A DNA stretch of 64,000 nt from Mercenaria mercenaria (taxonomy: Eukaryota). Location of the stretch: positions 83,467,972-83,531,971 of the forward strand of contig NC_069364.1 of the NCBI RefSeq assembly GCF_021730395.1, in the 5' to 3' direction. A program made the position numbers and the translations under genes. This document shows, piece after piece, positions 24,728 to 35,864 of the stretch (position 1 is the first letter of the stretch; each line of letters starts with the position of its first letter). The notes under the pieces are model-generated. The model was given only the letters and a program-made list of their open reading frames with translations. It had not been told where the DNA came from and made no database searches.

Positions 24728-24865
24728 CTGTTCTTCCTTGATACTGGTGACATTACTGGAGAGAATTGTTTCCACTTCCTCGTTAGCTTCTAGCCATATA
24801 TGTTCTACCAGACATCCAACATCTTCTGTCATACTGCCACACTCCAAACCTAGCTCCCCCATCAT
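24728..24865 (-). CDS. PARP4-like exon, PARP alpha-helical regulatory domain part 1 (MMGELGLECGSMTEDVGCLVEHIWLEANEEVETILSSNVTSIKEEQ)
   Basis: Acceptor cactag and donor AACAG|GTATTC. 46 codons in phase 0, continuing into the FY..LPH exon. Confidence 0.55.
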
Positions 24866-25417
24866 CTAGTGACAAAATGTGTTTTAAATATAAACATTGT
24901 TTAACCAGCTTCAGTGTTACTGTCACACAAGTGTGTTAATTATGGGCAGGATTTGAATGACACATATAAAGAGTGCTGCGAGTTTCTAAACCATTTAATG
25001 AATACTGTACTATTATTTAATTTTTGAGGGCATTGAATTTCATGGTATGGGCTAGATGGGGTATTTTGCAGAGATATAAATCTGCAGAGTTAAGGTAGTG
25101 GGCCTGTGAGGACAATCTCAAATTAATGTTCAATTAAGTATACTCTGTAAGCAATTTTCAGCATTCTCCAGTATGAACAGAAAGTCAGGTGCTTGTGTGA
25201 GCTACAGTATCCTCCAAGGAATGCTAAAACCTTATACAGGTAAACATATTTCCACGGAAACTACCGACTGCAATTATGTTTCCACTACCTTAAACTTCTG
25301 AAGGGATTTTGCTTGTTCGTTAGGTTTAATTTTGTCGACTGACTCAACTGCAGAGATAAGTCCCCCACCAATATTAATGATTTCAAAGTATACAATAACT
25401 ACTTATCACAACTGAAT

Positions 25418-25665
25418 ATGATATGAGCCGAGCCATGAGAAAACCAACATAGTGTGTTTGCGACCAGCATGGATCCAGACCAGCTTGCACATCCACGCAG
25501 TCTGGTCAGGATCCATGCTGTATGCTAACAGTTTCTCTAATTCCAATAGGCTTTGAAAGCGAACAGCATGGATCCTGACCAGACTGCGCGGATGGGCAGG
25601 CTGGTCTGGATCCATGCTGGTCGCAAACCCACTATGTTGGTTTTCTCATGGCATGACTCATAATT
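25418..25665. mobile_element. Palindromic MITE family A, long copy
   Basis: Same termini as the copy at 1027, with an internally duplicated palindrome core (ggatccagaccagc.tgcacatcc.cgcagtctggtcaggatccatgctg). It shares extended flanks (atatgagccg.gcc) with the copy at 57176. Confidence 0.7.
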
Positions 25666-25842
25666 ATATGTGATAACTGTGCTGCTTATAAACAAAGTAG
25701 CAAAATCACTCACAGGCTGGACTACCCCACCCACTTCAAACAAATATATCAAACAAGGTTTCGCAAATAACACCAATATACCTTTGCAATTTAAAGGAAT
25801 GCAAAGATATTAAAACTTTGTATTATGGCATACATGTAATAC

Positions 25843-25998
25843 CTGTTTAAATTTTTCTGATCCAATATGCCTGGAGAAAAGGTCATGGGTCAAGGTCATA
25901 CCAAGTTGCTGCTGTTCTCTGTATAAATGACTGAATACTGCCAAAGTCTCATCTACTGTGTTACAGAACCTGAATTCTGTTGTGCCCGGTGCCCCTTT
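25843..25998 (-). CDS. PARP4-like exon, WGR-like region (KGAPGTTEFRFCNTVDETLAVFSHLYREQQQLGMTLTHDLFSRHIGSEKFKQ)
   Basis: Acceptor ctcatacag and donor AAACAG|GTATTA. 52 codons in phase 0, consistent with the downstream exon at 24865. Confidence 0.5.
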
Positions 25999-26811
25999 CT
26001 GTATGAGAACAAATACACAGCTACATTATATTTCATATTTATTTCTTCATTTGTTTGCTTGTATGGATTTGATATTAATTTACAACAGTAATTCAGTTAT
26101 GTAACTGTGGTCAGTTAACCTGACTAATGTTCATAGATTCTGCACCAGACCTAACTCCATCTCCACCAGTTAGTTACACAACTTGTCCACATTAATAACG
26201 GTGAAAGACAAACAACTTCATACACATTGATTTCTTTTAAACTGTAATGAAGAACATTAAAAAAATTTCCTTGCTTTTGAATCAACCTTTATGACTTCCT
26301 GATGCACAGTTCTTATGCTATTCATTCAAATAAACTTCCCTATCACAACACAACTGTGTGTAATGTAATACCAGATTTCCTGCAGACCACAAAATGTAGT
26401 TATCTGAAGAAAACAGTTGTCGTAGCATATATTGTGTTTGTGTCATGCATTGGCAATGCAGTATGTGCCTGATGTTCCATACATATGTGACTAGCATGCT
26501 ATTTACAGATATCCAATGCCCAATTTTCACTCAAATATTTTATCTTTAGATATTTAATTTCAAATGTAGCAAAGGCCACATCAAATGTATTTAACTTTAC
26601 TAAGTATGTAAATCAATTGTGTATGTAGAACTTCATGCTTCATTAAATGCCATACAGTAACACTAATTATGTATTATTATGTTTAAAAAAAACAAAACTT
26701 TAAGTTCTTTCTAGTGGTAGCACATATTAATACTGTGTTTAGCTTTACACGTATTAAATGTGACACTGTACTTTTTCAAACCTACATAGCACTGTCAAGT
26801 CAGAGTGTATA

Positions 26812-27138
26812 TCAAAATCCCCTTGATCAAAATCCCCTCCACTGAAAAATGACTGGGTGTTACAAAATCCCCTTCACACATTTGCAGGGGGTATCATAAT
26901 CCCCTCTGTGATTAACGTTATAGATATATAGATATCAGTGCTCCAAATTATATTATGTTTGCTAAAGGCATTGTATTTACGTGCTTTATGCAATAGACTT
27001 TTAAGTTGTATATAGTTGTATTTGAACTTGATGAAATAAGTAAAAATCACAGAGGGGATTATGATACCCCCTGCAAAAGTATGAAGGGGATTTTGTAACA
27101 CCCTGTCATTTTTTAGTGAAGGGGATTTTGATCAAGGG
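26812..27138. mobile_element. MITE with about 105-bp terminal inverted repeats
   Basis: The left arm atcaaaatccccttgatcaaaatcccctccactgaaaaatgactgggtgttacaaaatcccctt...cagggggtatcataatcccctctgtgatt is the reverse complement, at about 95%, of 27035-27138. The interior is about 115 bp. Confidence 0.7.
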
Positions 27139-27327
27139 GATTTTGATTGTCTCCCGTCAAGTCACATAAACATGTTATTTTATGTTTTATAGAATCATAT
27201 CAATACACAAACACTTTGTCAATATTGCAGTGTTCTTCAATCATATTTCAGCTCTCTGTCATTAATTACGTCTTTCTTAGTGAAATATACTTTTTTTGGA
27301 GAACTATTAGTTTTGTTTTCATTTTTG

Positions 27328-27585
27328 TTGGGTTTAACGTCACAAACACAATTATAGGTCATCTGGCAACCTTTCAGCTTTGATGGTGAAGTCCCCAGGT
27401 GCCCTTCCATGCATTATTTCATCACAGGCGGGCACCTGGGTAGAACCACCAACATTCCGTAAGCCAGCTGGATAGCTTCCTCACATGAAGAATTCAACGC
27501 CCCGAGTGAGGCTCAAACCTACATTGATGAGGGGCAAATGATTTGAAGTCAGAGACCTTAACCACTAGGCCACAGAGGCCCCTTT
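27328..27585 (-). mobile_element. tRNA-derived SINE family 1
   Basis: The rc begins aaggggcctctgtggcctagtggttaaggtctctgacttcaaatca (tRNA-like D- and T-box regions) and ends cctataattgtgtttgtgacgttaaaccc. It is about 90% identical to the copies at 29724 and 59020. Confidence 0.75.
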
Positions 27586-27649
27586 GTTATGGAACTCATC
27601 AGTTGTAATCAAACTATCAACAATTATTACTGTTCAGTATTCATCTGCA

Positions 27650-28500
27650 TGTTAACCTTTAGCCTACTGGTTGCAAGTGATGTTGCCTTTGTGGCCAGTG
27701 TAGATCAAGATCAGCCTGCATGCTAACCTTTAGTCTACTGACTGCAAGTGATGTAGCCTTTGTGGCCAGTGTAGATCAAGATCAGCCTGCATGTTAACCT
27801 TTAGCCTACTGACTGCAAGTGATGTTGCCTTTGTGGCCAGTGTAGATCAAGATCAGCCTGCATGTTAACCTTTAGCCTACTGACTGCAAGTGATGTAGCC
27901 TTTGTGGCCAGTGTAGATCAAGATCAGCCTGCATGTTAACCTTTAGCCTACTGACTGCATGTGATGTTGCCTTTGTGGCCAGTGTAGATCAAGATCAGCC
28001 TGCATGTTAACCTTTAGCCTACTGACTGTAAGTGATGTTGCCTTTGTGGCCAGTGTAGATCAAGATCAGCCTGCATGTTAACCTTTAGCCTACTGACTGT
28101 AAGTGATGTTGCCTTTGTGGCCAGTGTAGATCAAGATCAGCCTGCATGTTAACCTTTAGCCTACTGACTGCAAGTGATGTTGCCTTTGTGGCCAGTGTAG
28201 ATCAAGATCAGCCTGCATGTTAACCTTTAGCCTACTGACTGCAAGTGATGTTGCCTTTGTGGCCAGTGTAGATCAAGATCAGCCTGCATGTTAACCTTTA
28301 GCCTACTGACTGCAAGTGATGTTGCCTTTGTGGCCAGTGTAGATCAAGATCAGCCTGCATGTTAACCTTTAGCCTACTGACTGCAAGTGATGTTGCCTTT
28401 GTGGCCAGTGTAGATCAAGATCAGCCTGCATGTTAACCTTAGCCTACTGACTGCAAGTGATGTAGCCTTTGTGGCCAGTGTAGATCAAGATCAGCCTGCA
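27650..28500. repeat. Satellite, about 62-bp monomer, about 14 copies, derived from MITE family B
   Basis: The unit ttaacctttagcctactgactgcaagtgatgttgcctttgtggccagtgtagatcaagatcagcctgcatg is the rc of the family-B segment gcaggctgatcttggtctgcactggtcacaaaggcaggatcacttgc..cagcaggcttatggttaa. Confidence 0.85.
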
Positions 28501-28801
28501 TGTCCCTGCATGCTCACCTTGGTCTGCACTGTTCCACAAGTCTGTAAATTTTCAGTGAACACCCCTTTGAATAATAAGTGGTACTTCTCAAAATGAATGA
28601 TGGACCAGTCCATTTTAGAACTATAGCAAGGTAAAGGTTACCAGTAAGTTATAGTTAACATCCAAGAACCACAGACAAATTATTAAATGGTTAAGTGATT
28701 GCTGTCACTCTGTAAGTTTTTTACTAACAGCACAAACACCCTATTTGCCGTCAAAATACTTAAAGAACCCCAGAAACTATCCTAGAAGTCTTAATACTTA
28801 C

Positions 28802-28936
28802 TTCCACAGTGTTCAGTGTACCAGAATGGGAGGTAACTCTGTATTTATGGCTCGTGCCAGAGTTACCTGCACTGAATGTTTCATCAACATGGACTTCTAG
28901 AACAGCAAATGTTTTTCGTACCTTCTTTTCTGTCTT
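28802..28936 (-). CDS. PARP4-like candidate exon (KTEKKVRKTFAVLEVHVDETFSAGNSGTSHKYRVTSHSGTLNTVE), region between BRCT and WGR
   Basis: A 45-codon open frame bounded by acceptor atttacag and the strong donor GTGGAA|GTAAGT, phase 0 at both ends. The domain assignment is uncertain. Confidence 0.4.
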
Positions 28937-29723
28937 CTGTAAATCAAAACATTCAGTATGAGCTAATCTCTAATGCAATTCCATAAAATATTAATTTTTG
29001 CTTTTCACTCAAACTTAGAAATTAAAGATATAAAACTCTACTCATTAGTGTCATTTTCCAAGTAAGCTTATCAACAATGATAGTATACAAATATAAAGTA
29101 TTGATCTTTTGCTATTTTCTTTAGCGCATACCCGTTAGTTTTCTAAGTGTCTGAAATACATAACACATTAGCAGGGCAACTGAATTCTGGAATATGCTTT
29201 ATGACCAAAGAATAGTACTATGGTGTTCTGAAATATTTGAGCTATTTGCAGACTGATCTAAGTACAACTGAATTTGGCGCCTTGGATTCAGACCTGGTTA
29301 AATCGTGGCTTATAAAGAAAGCCACATCACTGTTATAGTCTAAGACGGATCCTACTATTAAACTACTTTGAACCAGTGTTCTACTCTTTTATTTGCCAAA
29401 AGTTAGGAACATCATTCTGAAATCAAGGTCACAAAGGAATAAACCAGAAATGTAATGAGATATGCATTACCTCCCCTTTAAAGAGGGCAAATTTTGCAAT
29501 TTGGAAATCCTTGGTGAAAGTAGGACAGTTTTTGTCATCTTGTTTCCACATCTTGAAGCTGCTTATGTTAATAAAGGGTTTGATACTTTTCTTTTTGTCC
29601 TTTTTCTGAAATCTGGAGGCTGAAGATATAAAGAGCAACTAAATATTTTAAACCTTAATTTGAGGTAAGACTTTTTGTTAATCATCAAATTGATGTACTG
29701 TATGCTGATACCCTCATTTTTTG

Positions 29724-29986
29724 TTGAGTTTAATGTCACACGACACAATTATAGGTCACATGGTGACTTTACAGCTTTCCATGGTGGAGGAAGATCCCAG
29801 GTGCCCATTCAGGAATTATTTCATCACAGGCCGAGGCACCTGGGTAGAACCACCAACTTTCTGTAAGCCAGATGGATGGCATCCTCACATGAAGAATTTA
29901 TGCCCCAAGAGAGGCTTGAACCCATACTGATGAGAAGCAAGTGATTTTGAAGTCAGCAACCTTAACTCCTCCACAACAAAGGCCCC
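29724..29986 (-). mobile_element. tRNA-derived SINE family 1
   Basis: Same family as the copy at 27328. It lies in a PARP4-like intron. Confidence 0.75.
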
Positions 29987-30998
29987 AGGTCAAACAGAAC
30001 TTTGGGATATTGATGGAATTAAACAAAATGGGAAATACAGAAAATGGTGATATTTATTTCCCATATATACATGTTCTGAAGATATAAAAAACTTGAAATA
30101 TGTACACTGCTTGTACAAATACTGATATTTGATTGATAGATTTCAAAATATTCAAACAATGACCGCCCTACCATCCAATATCATCTAAGACACCCCAACT
30201 CATGCATTTAAAACGCGGAAATTCTGTAAGAAATGTTTACTCTTTTTGAGACCTTTAAATCAAAATGACCTTATGCATTCCATGCTACAGAATTTAAACA
30301 TTTTGCTCTAATTATACCAACACTGTTTGCACTGATCATGGGCATGTTTTAAGTTTTTCCGAGATCAATACAATTGATCTCAGTTATATACATTACCTAC
30401 TTGTAGGAACAAATTATACAAACAGACTAGATATATTGCTTTTGGTAAACACATTTATCTCTCAGTAAGACCTCAATGGCTTCCTTAAGCAATGATATTA
30501 AGGTGTATACATAACTTTATATGTGTGCATATAAATAGATACTGTGAAATCATTTAATTTCCAGGGCATGAAATTTCGTGATTTTGGTCAAAACGGCAAT
30601 TTCGTGGGGATATGAATTCGTGGATTTCAATTTTTGATTTGTTTGAACATACAATATATGGCAATTTTATTTTTTCGTTGCAATGGGATCAAATTTCGTG
30701 GATTGACTCAACCACGAAATCCACGAAAATTAGTCCCCCACAAATATTAATGATTTCAAAGTATTGTTCTACCTAACATTTGTAAGCACTATTTTTTAAA
30801 CCACCACAATTTAATTACATCCTTTATTCATGCTGTTGCAACCTGCTCTAATGATTTCTGTATTGCAAATTAAGGCCTAGAGCTGATAGTTTACAGTCTC
30901 TCCTGTTCAACTGAATTTTACAACATGATCTTTTTTAATATTTTTAATGACCCTGTGTATAAATCTACTTTAAAACATTATTTTAATATACTATATAC

Positions 30999-31197
30999 CT
31001 GATATCTTTCCTTCCTTGAGTCCCTCAGATTTAGATTTTCCCGCCATCAAATAGTCATCTGTACTGAGCTGGTGCCCGGCTTCAATACTCATCTTGATCC
31101 AGTCTACAGACACAACCGGAAAACCGTACTTGGCCGCCATTTTACATTTATATGAGAATTCTGCCTTCTTGCTATCATCACACACAACATGTGTACT
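30999..31197 (-). CDS. PARP4-like exon: BRCT domain C-terminal half (STHVVCDDSKKAEFSYKCKMAAKYGFPVVSVDWIKMSIEAGHQLSTDDYLMAGKSKSEGLKEGKIS)
   Basis: Acceptor catattcag and donor CAG|GTATAT. The BRCT signature (THVV..., GFPVVS.DWI..SI..G..L...DY) overlaps ORF 30991..31185(-). Confidence 0.7.
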
Positions 31198-31721
31198 CTG
31201 AATATGTAAATATATATATGTATGGGTATCACAATAAAAAGGACCACCACGATAGATTTCCTCAAAACCTTTTCTAGTGGTTAAGCTGTCCAGTGAGAAC
31301 CTTTTTTGTATATCTGCATCATAGTTTAATGAAAGAGCATGTTAATACAGTAAACGAAAATAGATTAAGCAGTTTTTAATATATTAAGTGCCTTTTCTAC
31401 CACATTCTGTATTGTACTGATGCAAAAACAGAGTTTCCAAATTTTAGTGTGAAGACAGCTTAAGTTCTGTTAGTGCCTCAGTCCTGGTCATCAATGACAT
31501 TTTTTTTTTCTTTGATTTTACAGGATCTTGAAAAACTTTTATTTCAGACAGAAAATTATGTTCTGGAATATAAATTAAATTGCTATAGCATAGTACATAG
31601 TAATAAGAGGATTACTTTCTATCTATCTTCAGTTGGTATAATGCATGTGATTTTATCTCCATACTAATGTTCAATCAGATCTTCAGTTCCCAAAACTTAC
31701 AGAATGTGTAATTTGACATAC

Positions 31722-31850
31722 CTTTTTAGTAACAATGAAAGAAACGATGCCTCCATTTGATGTTATATCCTTTCTTATAGCTGTTTTTTCTTTAAACTTG
31801 ACAGCTGTGGTCAAATCTAGAACAATCTGACAGCCTTCAAACAATGCCAT
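31722..31850 (-). CDS. PARP4-like gene, first coding exon: ATG at 31850..31848, BRCT domain N-terminal half (MALFEGCQIVLDLTTAVKFKEKTAIRKDITSNGGIVSFIVTKK)
   Basis: Minus-strand translation is open for 43 codons from the ATG and is followed by a GTATGT donor (plus 31716-31721). The motif ...NGG.VS...T followed in the next exon by STHVV is a typical BRCT start. The frame joins the next exon in phase 0. Confidence 0.55.
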
Positions 31851-32455
31851 TTTCTGTTTATTCTGTAATCACATATAGCTGAAAAAATATGACTGATATT
31901 AAGAAAAAAATGAAACTAGACTCTTTGCCATCAATACATTTTTAATCTTTAGCCTGCTGGCTGCAAGTGATTTTGCCTTTGCGACCAGTGCATACCATGA
32001 GCATTGTTTTTTACAGTACTTCCAAAATTCTGCCTTGACAGAAATTGAAACACAAAATCAGACAGAAACATTTTATATTATCTTTAGCATTTCTGTTTGT
32101 GAATGATTTATAAACTGAATGTTAATGCTATGTTAACAAACTAAAACAAGAATGATGTGTTTGTAAAATGCGCATGCCTCTCATGCTGGCTTTTCCTGAT
32201 CACTATGACCTTTGTCCAACTGACCCCAAAAAAATATGGGTAATCTACTGACCACAGTTTGATGCCTGTAGACCAAAGTGTTCTCCACTTATTGATTGGA
32301 AACCATTTTCAGTCTCAAGGTCACTGCAGCCTTGACCTTTAACCTACTGACCCCCAAAACAATATGGCTCATCAATTGCCACAGCAGGCAATGCTCATTA
32401 ATTTTGCAGATAATGTGAAGATAGAAATGTGTTACGTATAAGTTAGATAATACAT

Positions 32456-32596
32456 AAAAGTGTGTTACCGGCTAGTATCATCATGCGCGGGGGAATCTCA
32501 GGGAACGTAATTTGGGTAGCAAACGAGCCTCGTAGAAGCGAGTTTGCTATCAAATTACGTTCCCTGAGATTCTCCCAAGCATGATGATACTCGCCG
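32456..32596. repeat. Imperfect 140-bp palindrome about 600 bp upstream of the PARP4-like start codon
   Basis: gtgttaccggctagtatcatcatgcgcgggggaatctcagggaacgtaatttgggtagcaaacgagcctcg pairs with cgagtttgctatcaaattacgttccctgagattctcccaagcatgatgatactcgccggtaacac. Arms are about 65 bp at about 88% identity. Confidence 0.65.
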
Positions 32597-34319
32597 GTAA
32601 CACACGAGTATGTATTGTCTAACTGATTTATTGCATGATTAAAAAGAGTAAAATTAACACATTTTTAAATATCATAAATTTAAAATATTTAAAAATATTT
32701 CCCCTCTTGAGCCTCCCTTAGGAACATTTCATGATAAACCCCCAACTGCCTTATAAAAGCCAGAAGATGGCGCTGGGCAGGTTTTTATATAAATTATGCA
32801 TGCTTCACATCAGAGATCCCTTTTTCAAAATTTTAAATAAATTACTGAAAAAAAAGTTATAAAAAAGTGAAATACACATTGAAACATTCTTTATTGATTG
32901 TTGTAATTATTTTTTAAAACAAAAAGTTGTAAAATAGAGTTTCAGAAATAATTTAAAGTAACTGCTAAAAATTTGAATTTGCCAAGAGGCGCTAACGATG
33001 TCATGAACCCTGGAGAAATAGAGAATGCAAACAATTCCCACGTGGCTAATTTTATCAACAAACCTGATAAGCAGAAGGTTTCATGTAGGCTATCAATGGA
33101 ATTAACACCTAGAGCATATTTTTAAACTGAATAGAATATCATAATCATTTTTGCAGTTATATTTTTATGTTACTTAAAAAATCAAGTTTTAAATCAAGAT
33201 GTAGAGAACTAAACTACAGACATACAGTAATCAATTATTTCAAATAGCTTATCATTTCCAATACCTTATCACAGCAACACTTGCTAATTTATGTATTGTT
33301 CTACATCCCAGACAGAGAAAACTGTGAGCGATACCTGTGTGCAACGGAATTTAGAGCACGGCTAACCGTGGCGATACCAGAATTTAGAAAACAGAAAACT
33401 TCAAAGGAAAATGCCGCAGTCATGCAATAATGTACATTCTCTTCCAAATTCGAATATTAAAGTATCAGTAGAGTGGCAGAAACAGTAAGTGATGTTATTC
33501 CACCTGGAGTGTTCCTCCTTATCCAAACTAACACAGATTTTTCTGTTGGTACTTTTATTTTATAATACTGATTATTTTCACATCTCAACAAGATATATAA
33601 ACAATCCATTGCTAGCATTTTTTTTTCAGTGAGCTGTATGATGAACATTCATGCAGACCAAATGTGTATTTTCTTATTTGAGATATGTTGCAGCCAAGTC
33701 AAATGTGAAACTCACAGAAGATAAATGATAGGTCTCATATTGATGACAAAGACATGCAAAGAAAATTTTGACTCACTGACAGTCTTGAAATATTTTAAGC
33801 AATACACTATTTTTAATGTTTATGCAAAATGAGTCTTTATGATATGCCTTACATTTTTATCATGACACAAAAATGGTACTTGTTTCTTATGAACATAATT
33901 TATTGCTGGATGTGCTTGAGCTATGTGAAGTTGAAGAGACAGATTCAAATATATAAGAGACCTGGGTGTGATACCCTAAGCTAGCTCACTGCAAACTAGT
34001 CCCAATCTGTGACTCTAGTTATCTCCCCTAACAATCAGGGTAATCAACGTACTTCAGTCTTTGAGACATGATTGCTAACACAATGGTGATTTAATGGCGA
34101 AAAGGAAAATATTTCTGAATATTAGCAAATTTGCTTTTGTGCTTGGTTATGTGTAATACACCATATGCCATGTCAGGAGCACTTTGCAGTACCTGAAAAG
34201 TCAAGCACTGACCTAATGGTGATGTCACATCTTTATTACGTCACTGTTTGCACATTTGTTTCAGCATCATGTACTGGTACTTGATAGCAGTAAACTGAGA
34301 GCACAACATTTCAGGCCAA

Positions 34320-34990
34320 TTCTAAGTGTATTAGCGCAAAATAATTTAACTAGACAAATGACCACCCTAGACAGTCAAGTGTATTATCACTAGACAATTG
34401 ACCACCCTAGACAGTCAAGTGTATTATCACTAGACAACTGACCACCCTAGACAGTCAAGTGTATTGTCATTAGACAATTGACCACCCTAGACAGTCAAGT
34501 GTATTGTCACTGGACAATTGACCACCCTAGACAGTCAAGTGTATTGTCACTGGACAATTGACCACCCTAGACAGTCAAGTGTATTGTCACTAGACAATTG
34601 ACCACCCTAGACAGTCAAGTGTATTATCACTAGACAATTGACCACCCTAGACAGTCAAGTGTATTATCACTAGACAAATGACCATCCTAGACAGTCAAGT
34701 GTATTATCAACAGTCAAGTGTATTATCACTAGACAAATGACCACCCTAGACCGTCAAGTGTATTATCATTAGACAAATGACCACCCTAGACAGTAAAGTG
34801 TATTATCATTAGACAAATGACCATCCTAGACAGTCAAGTGTATTATCACTAGACCAATGACCACCCTAGACAGTCAAGTGTATTATCATTAGACAATTGA
34901 CAACCCTAGACAGTCAAGTATATTATCACTAGACAATTGACCACCCTAGACAGTTAAGTGTATTATCATTAGACAAACTAGAGCTATCAC
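34320..34990. repeat. 40-bp satellite, block 1 (ctagacaattgaccaccctagacagtcaagtgtattatca)
   Basis: About 16 head-to-tail 40-bp units. Confidence 0.9.
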
Positions 34991-35039
34991 TAAAGATGAT
35001 GAATATACACCCCCCCCGCATGCACTGACACAGTACATT

Positions 35040-35790
35040 GCAATTTGACGCACACAAGATTGCATAGTTATGTGGACTGTATGTATATAGACTGTATGTA
35101 TACAGTATAGTAACAAAAAACAAAGTTCCATAACTATACAGAATATTTACCTAAAAGAATGTAACATGCACCATGCACAACTAGGGTTGGAACTGATCAC
35201 TTGTGTGAAGTTTCATTAAATTGTGTGCAAGGGTTTGGTAGATTAGGCACGCACAAGATTGCATATGCAGACTGTATGTACATAGTATGTTAACAAGAAA
35301 CAAAGTCCCATAACTCTGCAATTTTTGTCGCTGAAAGAACCTAACATGCCCCATGCACAACTACTGTTGTTACTGATCACTTGTGTGAAGTTTCATTAAA
35401 TTGTGTCAAGGGGATGAGGAGAGGTGGTGCGCACAAGATTGTGTCTATGTATATAGTATAGTAACAAAAAAACAAAGTCCCATAACTCTGCAAATTTTTT
35501 TTCTAAAAGAACCTAACATGCCCCATGCACAACTACTGTTGGTACTGATCACTTGTGTGAAATTTCATTAAATTGTGTCAAGGGGATGAGGAGAGATGGT
35601 GCGCACAAGATTGTGTCTATGTATATAGTATAGTAACAAAAAAAAAAAGTCCCATAACTCTGCAAATTTTTTTTCTAAAAGAACCTAACATGCCCCATGC
35701 ACAACTACTGTTGGTACTGATCACTTGTGTGAAGTTTCAAAAATTCTGTCAAGGGGATAAGGAGAGATGGTGCGCACAAGATTGCGTCTA
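35040..35790. repeat. Tandem repeat, about 172-bp unit, 4 copies, interrupting the 40-bp satellite
   Basis: The unit contains gcacaagattg..tatgtatatagtatagtaacaaaaaaacaaagtcccataactctgcaa...cctaacatgccccatgcacaactactgttggtactgatcacttgtgtgaagtttcattaaattgtgtcaaggggatgaggagag.tggtgc. It ends in a GACA/GACG tract at 35785-35815. Confidence 0.85.
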
Positions 35791-35864
35791 CGGACAGACG
35801 GACAGACAGACAACCTGAAACCAGTATACCCCCCCCCCTTACAACTTTGTTGTCGCGGGGTACA

